A stretch of DNA of 64,000 bases, from assembly GCA_011364925.1 (NCBI GenBank), contig RDOA01000001.1:127128-191127 (forward strand), read 5' to 3'. This document shows positions 20,295-30,950 of the stretch, piece after piece (within the stretch, counting starts at the first letter, position 1; every line of letters starts with the position of its first letter). The position numbers and the translations under genes were made by a program. The notes beneath the pieces are model-generated. The model was given only the letters and a program-made list of their open reading frames with translations, was not told where the DNA came from and made no database searches. Source of the stretch: Promethearchaeota archaeon (GTDB lineage Archaea > Asgardarchaeota > Lokiarchaeia > Sigyniarchaeales > SOKP01).

Positions 20295-21779
20295 TTATCC
20301 CCAAAAGGGCTTCCAATTATCCCAGACGTTCCAATTTTCGATATTCTTTATATTTTGTAAAATTGCTCTAAGGCGATACCTACTTATTAGAGTTTTATAA
20401 ATTTGTCTTGTTATAAAACTTGGGCGCTGCATAAATTTTACATGCGTTTGTCTAATTCGTTCCATCAGTTCGCTTAATGGAATGGGAAGTACAGCCGTAC
20501 CAACCTCCCAGCATTCATCAGGATTAATCCTTTTTTCTTCTACCATCTTATCCCAAATCCAGTTTCCTGGGATTATCCCTAAAATATGAAATTGAGGAAA
20601 ATCTATCCCTAATTTCATAGAAAAGTTTAGAGTTTCAATAATCTCTTCGCGAGTTTCAATTGGTGCTCCTATAATAAAATTTGCGATAATCATATCGATC
20701 CCCACTTTCCTTGCATTTTTTACAGCATCCCAAATCTGATTTAAAGTAATTCTTTTATTGTACCAATCTAAAAGCCTTTGAGAAGCGCTTTCAACGCCGT
20801 AACTAATAATTTTACAGCCCATTTGTTTCATAGCATTCAAAAGTTCTACAGAGCTTTGAGTAACTCTCCCTTCAGCCATCCAATAAAAATCTAACTTTTC
20901 TTTTCTTATTAATTTAGACAACTCTAGAAGTCGCTTTTTGCTTATTGTGAAGTTATCATCAACCCAGAGTAAATTCTTAAAACCCTGTTCTTCAAGAAGA
21001 GATAATTCTTCTACTATATTTACAGGGGATCTCGGGCGCCATTTTCCCCAGAACATAGAACTAGAACAGAAAGAACACTGAAAAGCACAACCTCTTGATG
21101 ATGCTGCTGAAGTAAACTTGCCTACCGACACTTCTAGGCCCTCTACTACATTTTTATATTCAATATTTCCTAACAATTTCCTATTTGGGAATGGAAGCGC
21201 ATCAATATCTTTTATTAATGGTCTATCGTCATTTCTAACGATTCTATTATTGTCACGATAGGTCAGTCCTCTAATATCTCCAAAGCCCTTAACCTTTTCT
21301 ACCCTTTCGGCAACTTCTAAAAGGGTTTCTTCCCCCTCTCCTCTTACACAAGCGTCGATAAAGGGGTATTTGTTTAAAATTCTGGTATCGTTAAACGTTG
21401 CGTGATAGTTCCCAAATAGTATTTTTATATTTGGATTTATTTCTTCTTTTACTCTTCTACTAATCTCTGCAGCAGTAATACCTGTCCCGGCTGTAGTGAT
21501 TGTCGAAAACCCAAGAATGTCTGGATCTTCCCGCTTTATCCACTCAAGCGTTCTTTCAGTCGAGAATCCCGTTGCGAATTGATCAAGCAACGATACATCA
21601 AAATTATTTTCGCTAAGATAAGTTCCAAGATATAAAATTCCCATCGGTGGAAATCCATAAAATTCTATTTTCTCTTCATTATACTTCTCAGCTCCTTCAA
21701 CAGTACCGCAAAATGTTCCTTGTTCTGGTGGTTTTGGAAAAATTAATGATACCTTCAAAAAGATCAATCCTAATTTCAA
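20295..21779 (-). CDS. B12-binding radical SAM protein (paralog of 18804..20264)
   Basis: FPPMGILYL, DPDILGFST, RGEGE, SRGCAFQCSFC, YGVES; likely start TTG 21758. Confidence 0.92.
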   Translation of the reverse strand: MKLGLIFLKVSLIFPKPPEQGTFCGTVEGAEKYNEEKIEFYGFPPMGILYLGTYLSENNFDVSLLDQFATGFSTERTLEWIKREDPDILGFSTITTAGTGITAAEISRRVKEEINPNIKILFGNYHATFNDTRILNKYPFIDACVRGEGEETLLEVAERVEKVKGFGDIRGLTYRDNNRIVRNDDRPLIKDIDALPFPNRKLLGNIEYKNVVEGLEVSVGKFTSAASSRGCAFQCSFCSSSMFWGKWRPRSPVNIVEELSLLEEQGFKNLLWVDDNFTISKKRLLELSKLIRKEKLDFYWMAEGRVTQSSVELLNAMKQMGCKIISYGVESASQRLLDWYNKRITLNQIWDAVKNARKVGIDMIIANFIIGAPIETREEIIETLNFSMKLGIDFPQFHILGIIPGNWIWDKMVEEKRINPDECWEVGTAVLPIPLSELMERIRQTHVKFMQRPSFITRQIYKTLISRYRLRAILQNIKNIENWNVWDNWKPFWG

Positions 21780-21914
21780 TTGATAAAAATATCTATTAAA
21801 GATGGTAATATATCTTTTAAATTAAAATCATAGTATTTCAGCACTTTTAAATGTTGACAAGGCTGAAAAATAAATCTTTTAACTAAATTAACTTTTGATA
21901 TATTTACTAATAAC

Positions 21915-23399
21915 ATGAAATTAATAAATAAAAAAATCAAAAAAGTAGTCTTAGTAAATCCAAATTTTATTACTAAGAGTATCACTGATAAATTTACAAT
22001 TCCTGCATTAGGGTTAGAATCCATCGCTGCGAACATTTTAGACCTCGTGGAAGTGAAGATCGTTAATGCGAAAGTTAGAAATTTAACAGCTGTGGAAATA
22101 ATGGATGAGATTAATGAATTTCAACCAGATATTGTAGGAATTTCGTGTTGTTTCACAATAGGTATAAATTTCTCTTTGGGAATTGCAAAGGAATCAAAAC
22201 GGCTAGGTTTTGCAACTGTATTAGGAGGATGGCATCCGAATTTTGAATATTCTAAAGTCCTTAAGCATCCGTTTGTAGATTTAATTGTCCGTGGAGAAGG
22301 AGAAATAACTTTCCGAGAAATAATAAAAAATAAAGATTTAGAAGATATTAAAGGTATCTCATATAAAGACAACGGGAGCATAATTAACAACGAAGATCGT
22401 CCTTTAATCAAAGATTTAGATAAACTACCGATTCCCACTAGAAAATTAAGAAATAAAGATTCGTATCACCAGATTTTTCAAATGCCTATAGATGCAATAG
22501 AAACCTCAAGGGGTTGTCCGTTTAAATGTACCTTCTGTAATATACATCAATTTTATCGAGGAACTTATAGGACAAAAAGCATTGAACGGGTGATTCAAGA
22601 GTTAAAAATAATAGTAAGTCAAAATAAAAGTCAAAATGTCCTAATAGTTGACGATAATTTTACAGCAAATATAAAGCGAGTAGATAAGATATGCGATAGG
22701 TTAATTGAAGAGGGCATAAAATTAGATCTTACTTGCCAGAGCAGAATCGATGTTATCAAAAATAACCCAGATGTAATAAAAAAGATGGCAAAAGCAGGGT
22801 TTTGGCTATTCTTTCTTGGAATCGAAACTTTTAGTCAAAAATCGTTAGATAACATTGATAAAAAAGTAACTTTCAGAGATATTGCAAAGGCAATAAAAAT
22901 TCTTCATGAGAATAATATATTGATAATTGGAAGCATGTTAATTGGTTCAAAGTACGACGAGGAGGAGCAAGACACGGATTTAATGATAAAAATAGTAAGA
23001 AAATTAGGAATAGACTTCCCACTTTATTCTATAATGACACCATTGCCTGGAACAAAATTTAGAAACGAAGTAATCGAGAAAAACTACCTAGTTTCTCATA
23101 ATTGGAGTGATTATAATTTTACTACTGCCGTGAATCGGCTTGATAAATTATCAAAGGCAAAATTGGAACAACTTTTATCCAAAGCATATTACTATGGATA
23201 TTTTAAAAGAGGGTGGAAGAATACTATTTTTAAACTCCTTAAGAGGAAAGGAATTCATTTTCTTTTGTATTCTAAAAAAAATTTTCGAATTATAAAGGAC
23301 TTGTTTGGCTTTTTACTAGATATAAGAGGAATGAAATTCATGATGGACTCAACCGTTAAATCGAAAAGTTCCTCTACTATTAAAACATTTCAAAAGTAG
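21915..23399 (+). CDS. B12-binding radical SAM protein
   Basis: PALGLESIA, GGWHP, RGEGE, TSRGCPFKCTFC, DDNF, TPLPGT. Confidence 0.93.
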   Translation: MKLINKKIKKVVLVNPNFITKSITDKFTIPALGLESIAANILDLVEVKIVNAKVRNLTAVEIMDEINEFQPDIVGISCCFTIGINFSLGIAKESKRLGFATVLGGWHPNFEYSKVLKHPFVDLIVRGEGEITFREIIKNKDLEDIKGISYKDNGSIINNEDRPLIKDLDKLPIPTRKLRNKDSYHQIFQMPIDAIETSRGCPFKCTFCNIHQFYRGTYRTKSIERVIQELKIIVSQNKSQNVLIVDDNFTANIKRVDKICDRLIEEGIKLDLTCQSRIDVIKNNPDVIKKMAKAGFWLFFLGIETFSQKSLDNIDKKVTFRDIAKAIKILHENNILIIGSMLIGSKYDEEEQDTDLMIKIVRKLGIDFPLYSIMTPLPGTKFRNEVIEKNYLVSHNWSDYNFTTAVNRLDKLSKAKLEQLLSKAYYYGYFKRGWKNTIFKLLKRKGIHFLLYSKKNFRIIKDLFGFLLDIRGMKFMMDSTVKSKSSSTIKTFQK

Positions 23400-23408
23400 T
23401 TTAGATGG

Positions 23409-24173
23409 TTAAATCCATCTTTCAACTAATTCTTTTAATGTAAAGAAAACGAGATTTCTTGAAAGAGATCTTGCTATAAAAGTCCTTAATCTGTTTAAAA
23501 ATGTATCTCCTGTATTGAACCATCGATCAGGTCTAAAAAGAAGATTTTTATATTTGCTGAAGGGGTTTTTTTGCTCAGAAATAAGAGATTTCATGTCAAT
23601 TGCCTCCCAAGGGTGAAAATATAATATGCTCAATTCCTTTTTATAGATTCGGTTAAAAAGCATACGGAGATTTAAAGGTAGTCTAAAAAATGCATTGAAA
23701 TTTGATGGCGGGACTTTCAGTATTTTAGAGTTATCATATTGATAATTTTTCGATTTTTTAGAAGGAGTTCCTGATGAATCGTATCTAAATCCTAATTCAT
23801 CTAAAATCTCATATAGGAATAAAGGAGGTTTTAAATAAGGCGCTCTAAAGCCAACTATCTCCGACTTTTGACAAAGTTCTTCCAAAAGTCTTTTGTTCTG
23901 CTGGATTGATTTGAAACATGTATCGTAATCTAAGCGATTCAACCGCTCATGGCTTAAGCTGTGACAAGCTATTTCATGGTTCTGTTGTTCAATTAAAATT
24001 ATATACTCAGGCAATTGTTCTACTATAGCTCCAGTACAGAAAAAAGTCCCCTTGATTTTGAATTCATCTAGTATATCTAATATTTTCTTTAATCCTATTT
24101 TTACTCCCAAATAGGAGTTGAATACACCTGGTATATCTCTTTCGATATCAAATGTCAGTACTATTTTCATCAA
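23409..24173 (-). CDS. Polysaccharide deacetylase (CE4) family protein
   Basis: LTFDIE, HEIACHSLSH, GFRAPY, YDSS, YFHPWE. Confidence 0.9.
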   Translation of the reverse strand: MMKIVLTFDIERDIPGVFNSYLGVKIGLKKILDILDEFKIKGTFFCTGAIVEQLPEYIILIEQQNHEIACHSLSHERLNRLDYDTCFKSIQQNKRLLEELCQKSEIVGFRAPYLKPPLFLYEILDELGFRYDSSGTPSKKSKNYQYDNSKILKVPPSNFNAFFRLPLNLRMLFNRIYKKELSILYFHPWEAIDMKSLISEQKNPFSKYKNLLFRPDRWFNTGDTFLNRLRTFIARSLSRNLVFFTLKELVERWI

Positions 24174-24334
24174 ACAAACTTAAATCTTTGGACACGATTA
24201 TAGATTCTAGGGTACTAAACTTGATAAATCTATTTAAATACGGTCAAAAAATGAAAATTTTTATATAGTAATATTTGGTTATAAAGAATATTGACAAATT
24301 TAGATATAAAGAATATAAATTAAAGGGTGTTTAA

Positions 24335-24817
24335 ATGCCATTATTAGACGGTTGGGAAGTTTCCTCCGATAGAATTGAAAAGTATGAAAAAATGTTAAGC
24401 TCAGATCCGGTCGGGGATCCTATTTTTACATCAAAATGCCGACTCGGTAAAGACCATGGTTTAATAGTCGGAAGTACCAATGGTTTTGCATGGAGAATAC
24501 AAGCGGGAATGTCTACTTCTATGTATTCAATGGGAAAAAGTAAGTGGGTACGATGGTACGATTTAGATCGAGTTGACCAAAAAAAAGAAGGTGTCCTTAT
24601 ATTATATCTTAAAGTAAGAGAAAAAGACGGAAGTTTAAAAATAGACGGAAAAGGTAATCCAAAATTAAAAAAATGGATGCTAGTTTTAGAAAGAAATAAG
24701 GATGAGGATAAAGGTCATTTTGCTCAAAGAAGAGCTGCATTCCACAGTGTCATGTCAGATGTTTTCAACCAGAATAAGGGAGATTCAACTCCTGCAACAA
24801 GTGATTCAAGAATTTAA
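24335..24817 (+). CDS. Hypothetical protein (possibly PH-like fold)
   Basis: 160-aa ORF with a GGGTG RBS; beta-rich pattern GLIVGSTNGFAW..WVRWYDL and a C-terminal helix. Confidence 0.6.
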   Translation: MPLLDGWEVSSDRIEKYEKMLSSDPVGDPIFTSKCRLGKDHGLIVGSTNGFAWRIQAGMSTSMYSMGKSKWVRWYDLDRVDQKKEGVLILYLKVREKDGSLKIDGKGNPKLKKWMLVLERNKDEDKGHFAQRRAAFHSVMSDVFNQNKGDSTPATSDSRI

Positions 24818-24924
24818 GTAAATCTTCCTATATTTTAATAATTTATTTTTTTTTTCTAATATTATTAGTTAACAAACCTCTTATAGGATAATAAAAAGAA
24901 ATAGTAATAAAAAATAAAAATAGC

Positions 24925-25422
24925 TTAATTCAATTTTGAGCCACATTCACCACAAAAATTACCTGCTTCAGTTAAGGGAGCTCCACAATTTGGGCAAAAT
25001 TTATTTTCCTCACTTGGTATAGCTTCTACTTCTGGAAGTCCTGCTTCTACTTCTGGTTGAGAAGGTTGTGGCTTTACGACTCCTTGGTCAGCTATTTCAT
25101 TATAGATTGTACTCCAAATTTTTTTAGTTGTGAGCGCTCCATGAGTTGGACATGATGTTTTAATTAAAGTCCAAGGTGTTGATACTCTCATATAACTTTG
25201 TGGAGCTTCTTGACCACATTTATAACACCTAAAAACTCCGTCCTTGATGAAATCAATATACTGATCTTTATCCCTTGTATTAACTTTGAAGGCTCTTGCA
25301 CCGTGAACGGGGCATCTTTGTTTCACGACCATTTTACTTCCCGCAACTTTCACAAGATAAATGCTACCTACTGCTCCACATCTTGGACAACTAAACGCTT
25401 TTTTATAGTCGTATTCCACCAT
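24925..25422 (-). CDS. Multi-metal-binding protein: two CxxC...CPxHG modules and a C-terminal double zinc ribbon
   Basis: CPRC...KQRCPVHG; CYKC...KTSCPTHG; FCPNCG...FCGECG. Confidence 0.8.
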   Translation of the reverse strand: MVEYDYKKAFSCPRCGAVGSIYLVKVAGSKMVVKQRCPVHGARAFKVNTRDKDQYIDFIKDGVFRCYKCGQEAPQSYMRVSTPWTLIKTSCPTHGALTTKKIWSTIYNEIADQGVVKPQPSQPEVEAGLPEVEAIPSEENKFCPNCGAPLTEAGNFCGECGSKLN

Positions 25423-25514
25423 AATTTTTTCATCTTAAAATATAATCGTTACAAAAAAAGAGATAGACCAAATATAAAATCTTTTTGATATTGAAAAAAT
25501 AAAATCGGTGAATT

Positions 25515-26972
25515 CTAATTTTCTTTTACTGATACAAGTTCATGTGTGAATGGATCGTATCCCGCAGAATTTCTTCTACTCATTAGTTTATCGATTAAAT
25601 CTCTAAAAATTTTGAAGTAAAAATTCTCAACACCAAAACCAAAAAACTCGTGATTCCACCTGAATTCTGCTAAAATCCTAATCAATTTGAGAATTGGTAT
25701 ATTCTTTAGTTCGAATACTTTCCTTCCGATTATTGCGCTCGTAAGTGAAATCGTTTCTAGTTGAGTTTTGTTCTTTAAGTAGTTTGAAGCGCGATCTCTT
25801 CTGATCTTTGACCAATCAAAAAGATTGGAGGGTGGTTTAAACCCTTTCTGCTGAGCTAAGTTGTAAATTCCAGTTCCAGGATAAGGAAAAAGTATTTTTA
25901 TCGAGAATTCGCTTTCTGGATTAATTTTTTTAATTTTTTTTATTAAATGTATGGTTTTTTCTCTATCCGCTTTATTTTCACCTGGTATCCCGATCATCCA
26001 GCTATAATCAGCGCTTAGATCTGCATTTTTTGTAATCTTAGCGCTCTCTATTATATCGTTTGTAGTGATATTCTTGTTCAATAGATTTAATACTCGTTGG
26101 GAACCCGATTCCGCTCCAAAATACATTTGGGTGCAACCATGCTTTTTAGCATCTTGGGCTAGAGCAAAATTTAGACGATTGACTCGTAATTCTGCCTTCC
26201 ATTTGATGTCTCGTTCTTTAAAATAAGTAAAAAGGTCTTCAATCCGTTTTGAATTAGCAAAGAAGTAATCGTCATAGAATGTAATCTTTTTAACGCCAAA
26301 ATCCAAGCATCTATCCAATTCTTGAATGCACCTTTCTGCTGTCCACCCTCTCCAAACATTGTTGAATAAGGTATTGTAGCAAAACGCGCATCTAAAAGGG
26401 CACCCTCTGCTTGTAATGGCATTAAAACTTCCATTTAATATATATCGGTGAGGTTTTATTAGGGTCCAAGGTATGCTCAACTCATTTATTTCAAGATTTG
26501 TAAGTATCGCTGAATCAGGATTATGGATTATTTTTTTTTCTTTTTTATAAGAAAGACCGTTAATGTGATTCAAATTTCTTCCGCTTACAAGTTCGTGATA
26601 AGTTTTTTCACCTTCACCGCGAATTACATAATCAATTAAGTTATTTTGAAGAGTTTGTGTTGGAAGAATGGTTGCGTGAACACCACCCCAAACAATTTTA
26701 ATGTTTTTAAATTCTTTCTTGATAAGCTCACAGATCTTAATTGCATATTGAATTTGCGGTCCTGTCATCACTGATACACCGATAAATTCAGGTTCTTTAT
26801 CGGAAATGGCGTTTAATACTTGAGATTCGTCATCAAACCGTAAATCAAAAAGTTCCACATCTACATTTCTTTTCAACAGATAATCTGCTATAAATAGAAT
26901 AGAATAAGGAGGTGTGGGAATTTGTACCTTCGCGAATTCAAGTTGAGGATATATTAAAATCGATTTCGTCAT
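25515..26972 (-). CDS. B12-binding radical SAM protein
   Basis: GVSVMTGPQI, WGGVHAT, RGEGE, TSRGCPFRCAFC, FGAESGS, PYPGT. Confidence 0.93.
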   Translation of the reverse strand: MTKSILIYPQLEFAKVQIPTPPYSILFIADYLLKRNVDVELFDLRFDDESQVLNAISDKEPEFIGVSVMTGPQIQYAIKICELIKKEFKNIKIVWGGVHATILPTQTLQNNLIDYVIRGEGEKTYHELVSGRNLNHINGLSYKKEKKIIHNPDSAILTNLEINELSIPWTLIKPHRYILNGSFNAITSRGCPFRCAFCYNTLFNNVWRGWTAERCIQELDRCLDFGVKKITFYDDYFFANSKRIEDLFTYFKERDIKWKAELRVNRLNFALAQDAKKHGCTQMYFGAESGSQRVLNLLNKNITTNDIIESAKITKNADLSADYSWMIGIPGENKADREKTIHLIKKIKKINPESEFSIKILFPYPGTGIYNLAQQKGFKPPSNLFDWSKIRRDRASNYLKNKTQLETISLTSAIIGRKVFELKNIPILKLIRILAEFRWNHEFFGFGVENFYFKIFRDLIDKLMSRRNSAGYDPFTHELVSVKEN

Positions 26973-27048
26973 AACTCCTTCAAAACTTATTTTTTAACTG
27001 GAAATTGTTAAGAAATTCCATATACTTAACAAAATATAAATCTCTTTA

Positions 27049-27816
27049 CTATATTGCGCCTGCTAATTCCTCATTTTTTGCGAGATCGTAATATATATCT
27101 TTTTTTAAGAAATATTGGTTAATCCGCTTATAACTGCGCTTCATAGTTAAGTTTCTTGCACTTGTTAACACAGAAATGAAATTCAGCGTTCTGACTTTTC
27201 CTTTGTTCAGCTTTTTCGTTAGATAAATTAATGAATCTGAAAACACCTTATCGATTCCCAGTGAGTTTGGAGGCGTTTTAAATCCTCCGGTTTTTAAAAA
27301 TACATCTCTTCTAACAATCATATTACACCCAGCAAGCTCAGGATATCCCAATAATGACTTTAATAAATAGAATATATGCATATTGAAGTTAAGTAAGGTA
27401 AATTGGGTGATCGTTAATTTTTTTGAAGCAACTCTGAACGAAAGAACCTTTCCATTATAATAATTAACTCTCGCACTGCACGCGTATAACTTTTTACGAA
27501 CTTTGAAAATCTCGTAAATTCTTTGAAAGAAGTCTGGACAAAGCAGCGTATCAGCGTCTAAAAAAATGATTAAATCTCCGGAAGTTTTAGAGCAACCATA
27601 ATTTAATTGATTTGCTTTACCTTTTTTAGGGGAAATGAGCACTTTTGCATATTCTTTAGCAATATTAATCGTGTTATCAGTGCTATGTCCATCAACTACA
27701 ACAACTTCATAGGTAAGGTTACATTGTTGTTGTTTCACTGATAATAATGTGTTTCTTATATATTTTTCCTCGTTATAAGTAGGGATAATAACTGAGATCT
27801 CTGGAATGTTACTCAT
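27049..27816 (-). CDS. Glycosyltransferase family 2
   Basis: ISVIIPTYNEE, VVDGHSTD, FLDAD, TSAR. Confidence 0.92.
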   Translation of the reverse strand: MSNIPEISVIIPTYNEEKYIRNTLLSVKQQQCNLTYEVVVVDGHSTDNTINIAKEYAKVLISPKKGKANQLNYGCSKTSGDLIIFLDADTLLCPDFFQRIYEIFKVRKKLYACSARVNYYNGKVLSFRVASKKLTITQFTLLNFNMHIFYLLKSLLGYPELAGCNMIVRRDVFLKTGGFKTPPNSLGIDKVFSDSLIYLTKKLNKGKVRTLNFISVLTSARNLTMKRSYKRINQYFLKKDIYYDLAKNEELAGAI

Positions 27817-27920
27817 TGCTTTCTCTGGTTTAATGAAAATTAATATATTTTTAGAAGATGAAGTGTTATTATTATAAATAATAGAATGATTAAATAATTA
27901 TTTGAAACAAGCTAAAGACA

Positions 27921-29048
27921 ATGACAAAAGTTTCGGGTAAAATGAAATTTTGGACTAAGGGCTTCGTAATTTCATTTCTTTTTTTAATTTTAAACGCGAT
28001 GTTAATCGTGCTCTTAATTGTTAGCCACATATTTCTGTCGATTCCTTGGATCGATCTATTGTATAGTTATCTACGACCATGGTTGTTGTTAATTTTCTAT
28101 GATTATAACCTCTTTATATACGGAGGAATTTTCATTAGTTACACTGTTTTACTTGTTCTGTACGTTCTAGGGTATAATTTGGCAAAGGTCAGACGGATGG
28201 TGGGTTCTATTATATATGTTTTTAGTTTATTAGGATTTGTTTTAGTAACATTCGTTGCCGTTCATTATTCATACGCTAGCATCTTATTTAATCAAGATCT
28301 AACTTTGAATGTAAGACTCATGTTTCTATTACTTTTATTACCCATGATTTTTGCGCTCAGTTTGTTTCTCGTTTTAGTTAACACCGATTTCCTCATTTTT
28401 TTCAAGGATTTAGTTAAGGCTCGCAAGATTTGGAGACATAAAAGACCCGAATTCGAAATCGAAGTTAAGGGAAAAATTACTTATATCAATATAAAAACAG
28501 AGGAATTTGTTTTTACTCCAGTACCGATGCTGATCATAGCACAATATCTACAAACTAAAGGATATTCTGTCTCGTGGTTTGTGAGAGGCGCTTTTAATCA
28601 TTTAATTTCTTTAATAATTACTTATTTAATTGGATGGCCAAGAGCTAAAAACGCACTATTTAGATTTACGGGGATGAAGGTTGGGGAAAATTGCTCAATA
28701 TCTCAAAAAGCCTCCCCGGACCCTCTATTGCCTGAGTTAATAGAATTTGAAGAGGGAAGTGGATGTGGTATTGGTGTAAAACTACTGACTCACAATGCAA
28801 TGAATATAAAGCATGGAAGTTTTAGTTTTGGTCCAATCAAAGTGTGTAGAAACGCTAGGATTGGCGCGTATTCTGTTGTATTACCCGGTGTCACTATTGG
28901 GGAAGGATCAATTATTGGTGCAAACTCTTTGGTTTCAGATGATATTCCTCCATTCTCTATCGCATTTGGATCGCCAGCCAAAGTTGTCCGGGAATTAACT
29001 GAGGCTGAAAAAGCAGAAGTAGACATAAATTACCGAGTTAAATCATAA
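27921..29048 (+). CDS. Membrane-anchored hexapeptide-repeat (LbH) acyltransferase
   Basis: Four N-terminal TM helices, then GMKVG..LLTH..ARIGAYSVVLPGVTIGEGSIIGANSLV..DIPP..GSPAK. Confidence 0.85.
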   Translation: MTKVSGKMKFWTKGFVISFLFLILNAMLIVLLIVSHIFLSIPWIDLLYSYLRPWLLLIFYDYNLFIYGGIFISYTVLLVLYVLGYNLAKVRRMVGSIIYVFSLLGFVLVTFVAVHYSYASILFNQDLTLNVRLMFLLLLLPMIFALSLFLVLVNTDFLIFFKDLVKARKIWRHKRPEFEIEVKGKITYINIKTEEFVFTPVPMLIIAQYLQTKGYSVSWFVRGAFNHLISLIITYLIGWPRAKNALFRFTGMKVGENCSISQKASPDPLLPELIEFEEGSGCGIGVKLLTHNAMNIKHGSFSFGPIKVCRNARIGAYSVVLPGVTIGEGSIIGANSLVSDDIPPFSIAFGSPAKVVRELTEAEKAEVDINYRVKS

Positions 29049-29817
29049 CGAAGTCGTGTATCAGTTTATTAACTTTAATGTGACTTTTTACCATTACTCT
29101 ATGGGGGCTATTTTCAATAATATGTAATTCTGAATTAGGAATGAGGCTATCCAGAGTAACAAGCTCTGATTTGGTGATAATTCTGTCATCGGTTCCATAG
29201 AGAATGAGTGTGGGTTGAGAGATGTCAGCAATGTTTTCGTTTTTATTAAATTTAAAAGTCATATTGTTGAAAGTTCTTAATACGACTGGTTTTGGAATAG
29301 TTAATGCATATTTTAATTGTCTTCTGAACTCTCTATTCTCCTCTTCTATGGAATTTATTCGTTTTAATGTTCCCTTCAAAAAATTTGTGTAAGTTATTCT
29401 AAAAATTGCATTAATCCAAAATAACAGGAACTTATTGAATGAGAGTTGAGAAATTGCAGATGTGCTAATTAAAATTAGTTTATTCACTAACTCGGGATTT
29501 TGAATAGCTATATTTTGAGCAATTAATCCTCCTAAAGAGTGCCCAATAAGTATTGCTTTAGTATACCCAAGTTGATGGATAAAATCGACTATTACCTTAG
29601 AAAAAAAATCAATCGAATAATTTTCATTAGGTTTATCAGACTTACCATATCCTGGAAGATCGAGAAGAATTATATGATTTCTTGACTTAAAATAAGCTAT
29701 TTGATAAATCCATTCAAAAGAACTTCCTAACCACCCATGAATAAATAGTAGCGGAGTTCCTTTTAGTCTATTCTCAACATAGAAAAGTTTTAATTGATTT
29801 ATGTTAATGAATGGCAA
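29038..29817 (-). CDS. Alpha/beta hydrolase
   Basis: FIHGW, DLPGYGKS, GHSLGG nucleophile elbow, GTDD, SPH; start TTG 29817 preferred because the ORF-track start overlaps the upstream gene. Confidence 0.88.
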   Translation of the reverse strand: MPFININQLKLFYVENRLKGTPLLFIHGWLGSSFEWIYQIAYFKSRNHIILLDLPGYGKSDKPNENYSIDFFSKVIVDFIHQLGYTKAILIGHSLGGLIAQNIAIQNPELVNKLILISTSAISQLSFNKFLLFWINAIFRITYTNFLKGTLKRINSIEEENREFRRQLKYALTIPKPVVLRTFNNMTFKFNKNENIADISQPTLILYGTDDRIITKSELVTLDSLIPNSELHIIENSPHRVMVKSHIKVNKLIHDFVMI

Positions 29818-29836
29818 TTTTTTATCGTGAAAAAAG

Positions 29837-30868
29837 TTACAAAAATCTGTATTTGTAAATGAAACTTCTAATCGGATGCTTAATAAAATATGTAGGATTC
29901 CAATAACATGGTTTAAAACAATTACAATATTCAAACTTGAATTTGTTGACGTTTTTCAACCGTTTTTTACGAGATAATTTTATGAAATCGCTGAAAGGAA
30001 TATTAGTATTAACATCTTCGCAAACCATTACAGTTCCGTCGTTATCAATAGCATAGTATAAATCACATACATCACACGTCCAAGAATACTTTTTCTGATA
30101 CCATTTATTCATGTAATAATAATATACATTCGGTGACCAGACTCGAATACCTTGTCTTTTTAATTTAACGATTACTTCTCTCAATTTATTCATTAAATCC
30201 GTGTTTAATGACAGTTCAGGACAATAGCTCCTATATTTGTACTGTTCACTAACATTTAACGAAGAATGAACAGGGTCGATGGAGAAACGGCATTCAAGCT
30301 CATTATGAATTGTTTTTATTAATGGGACGAGTTCATTTAAATTTTCATTCGTGATTAAAATATGAAAAGTATAATCGATCCTATTAGGATATTTTTTTTT
30401 AATCTTTTGTAGCAATTTTATTAATTCTGGACGGTAGTTTTTTGAGCTAAAACTAGGCATTGAGATACCGTCAACACCTATTCCTAAAATTATATATCCA
30501 TAGGATGCAAATTCTTCAAGTAACTGTTCGTTTAACAAAGATCCGTTTGTTACTATGTGAGTGTACATATTTAAGTCTATGCAGTGTTTTAATAATTCGC
30601 CTAAATCTGACCGCAGTGTTGGTTCACCACCATAAATAGTAATGAACCGACACCCTTCGTTATATATTTGAGTTACAATGTTATTCCATTGCTTTACTGG
30701 AATATCTGGATTCCTTTTGCTTTTTGAGGTAGCACAATAATGGCAATTAAAGTTACAATCCCTTGTAAAGAACGCACTTACAAAAACAGGACCTTTAATT
30801 ACTCCAAATACTCTTTTAAGATAACTTACTCCTAAATTTCTTAAAATCGTATTTTTTTTATTTACCAT
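29837..30868 (-). CDS. Radical SAM protein with a C-terminal twitch/SPASM-like Cys cluster
   Basis: CNFNCHYC, YGGEPTLR, TNGSLL; C-terminal CDVC..DGTVMVC..CNCFKPC. Confidence 0.88.
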   Translation of the reverse strand: MVNKKNTILRNLGVSYLKRVFGVIKGPVFVSAFFTRDCNFNCHYCATSKSKRNPDIPVKQWNNIVTQIYNEGCRFITIYGGEPTLRSDLGELLKHCIDLNMYTHIVTNGSLLNEQLLEEFASYGYIILGIGVDGISMPSFSSKNYRPELIKLLQKIKKKYPNRIDYTFHILITNENLNELVPLIKTIHNELECRFSIDPVHSSLNVSEQYKYRSYCPELSLNTDLMNKLREVIVKLKRQGIRVWSPNVYYYYMNKWYQKKYSWTCDVCDLYYAIDNDGTVMVCEDVNTNIPFSDFIKLSRKKRLKNVNKFKFEYCNCFKPCYWNPTYFIKHPIRSFIYKYRFL

Positions 30869-30950
30869 ATTTATTTTAAGCTACTTTAATAGAAATTAGG
30901 ATTGAATAATTATATTTACAATATTTTTTAATATTTGTTGCTATAAAACA

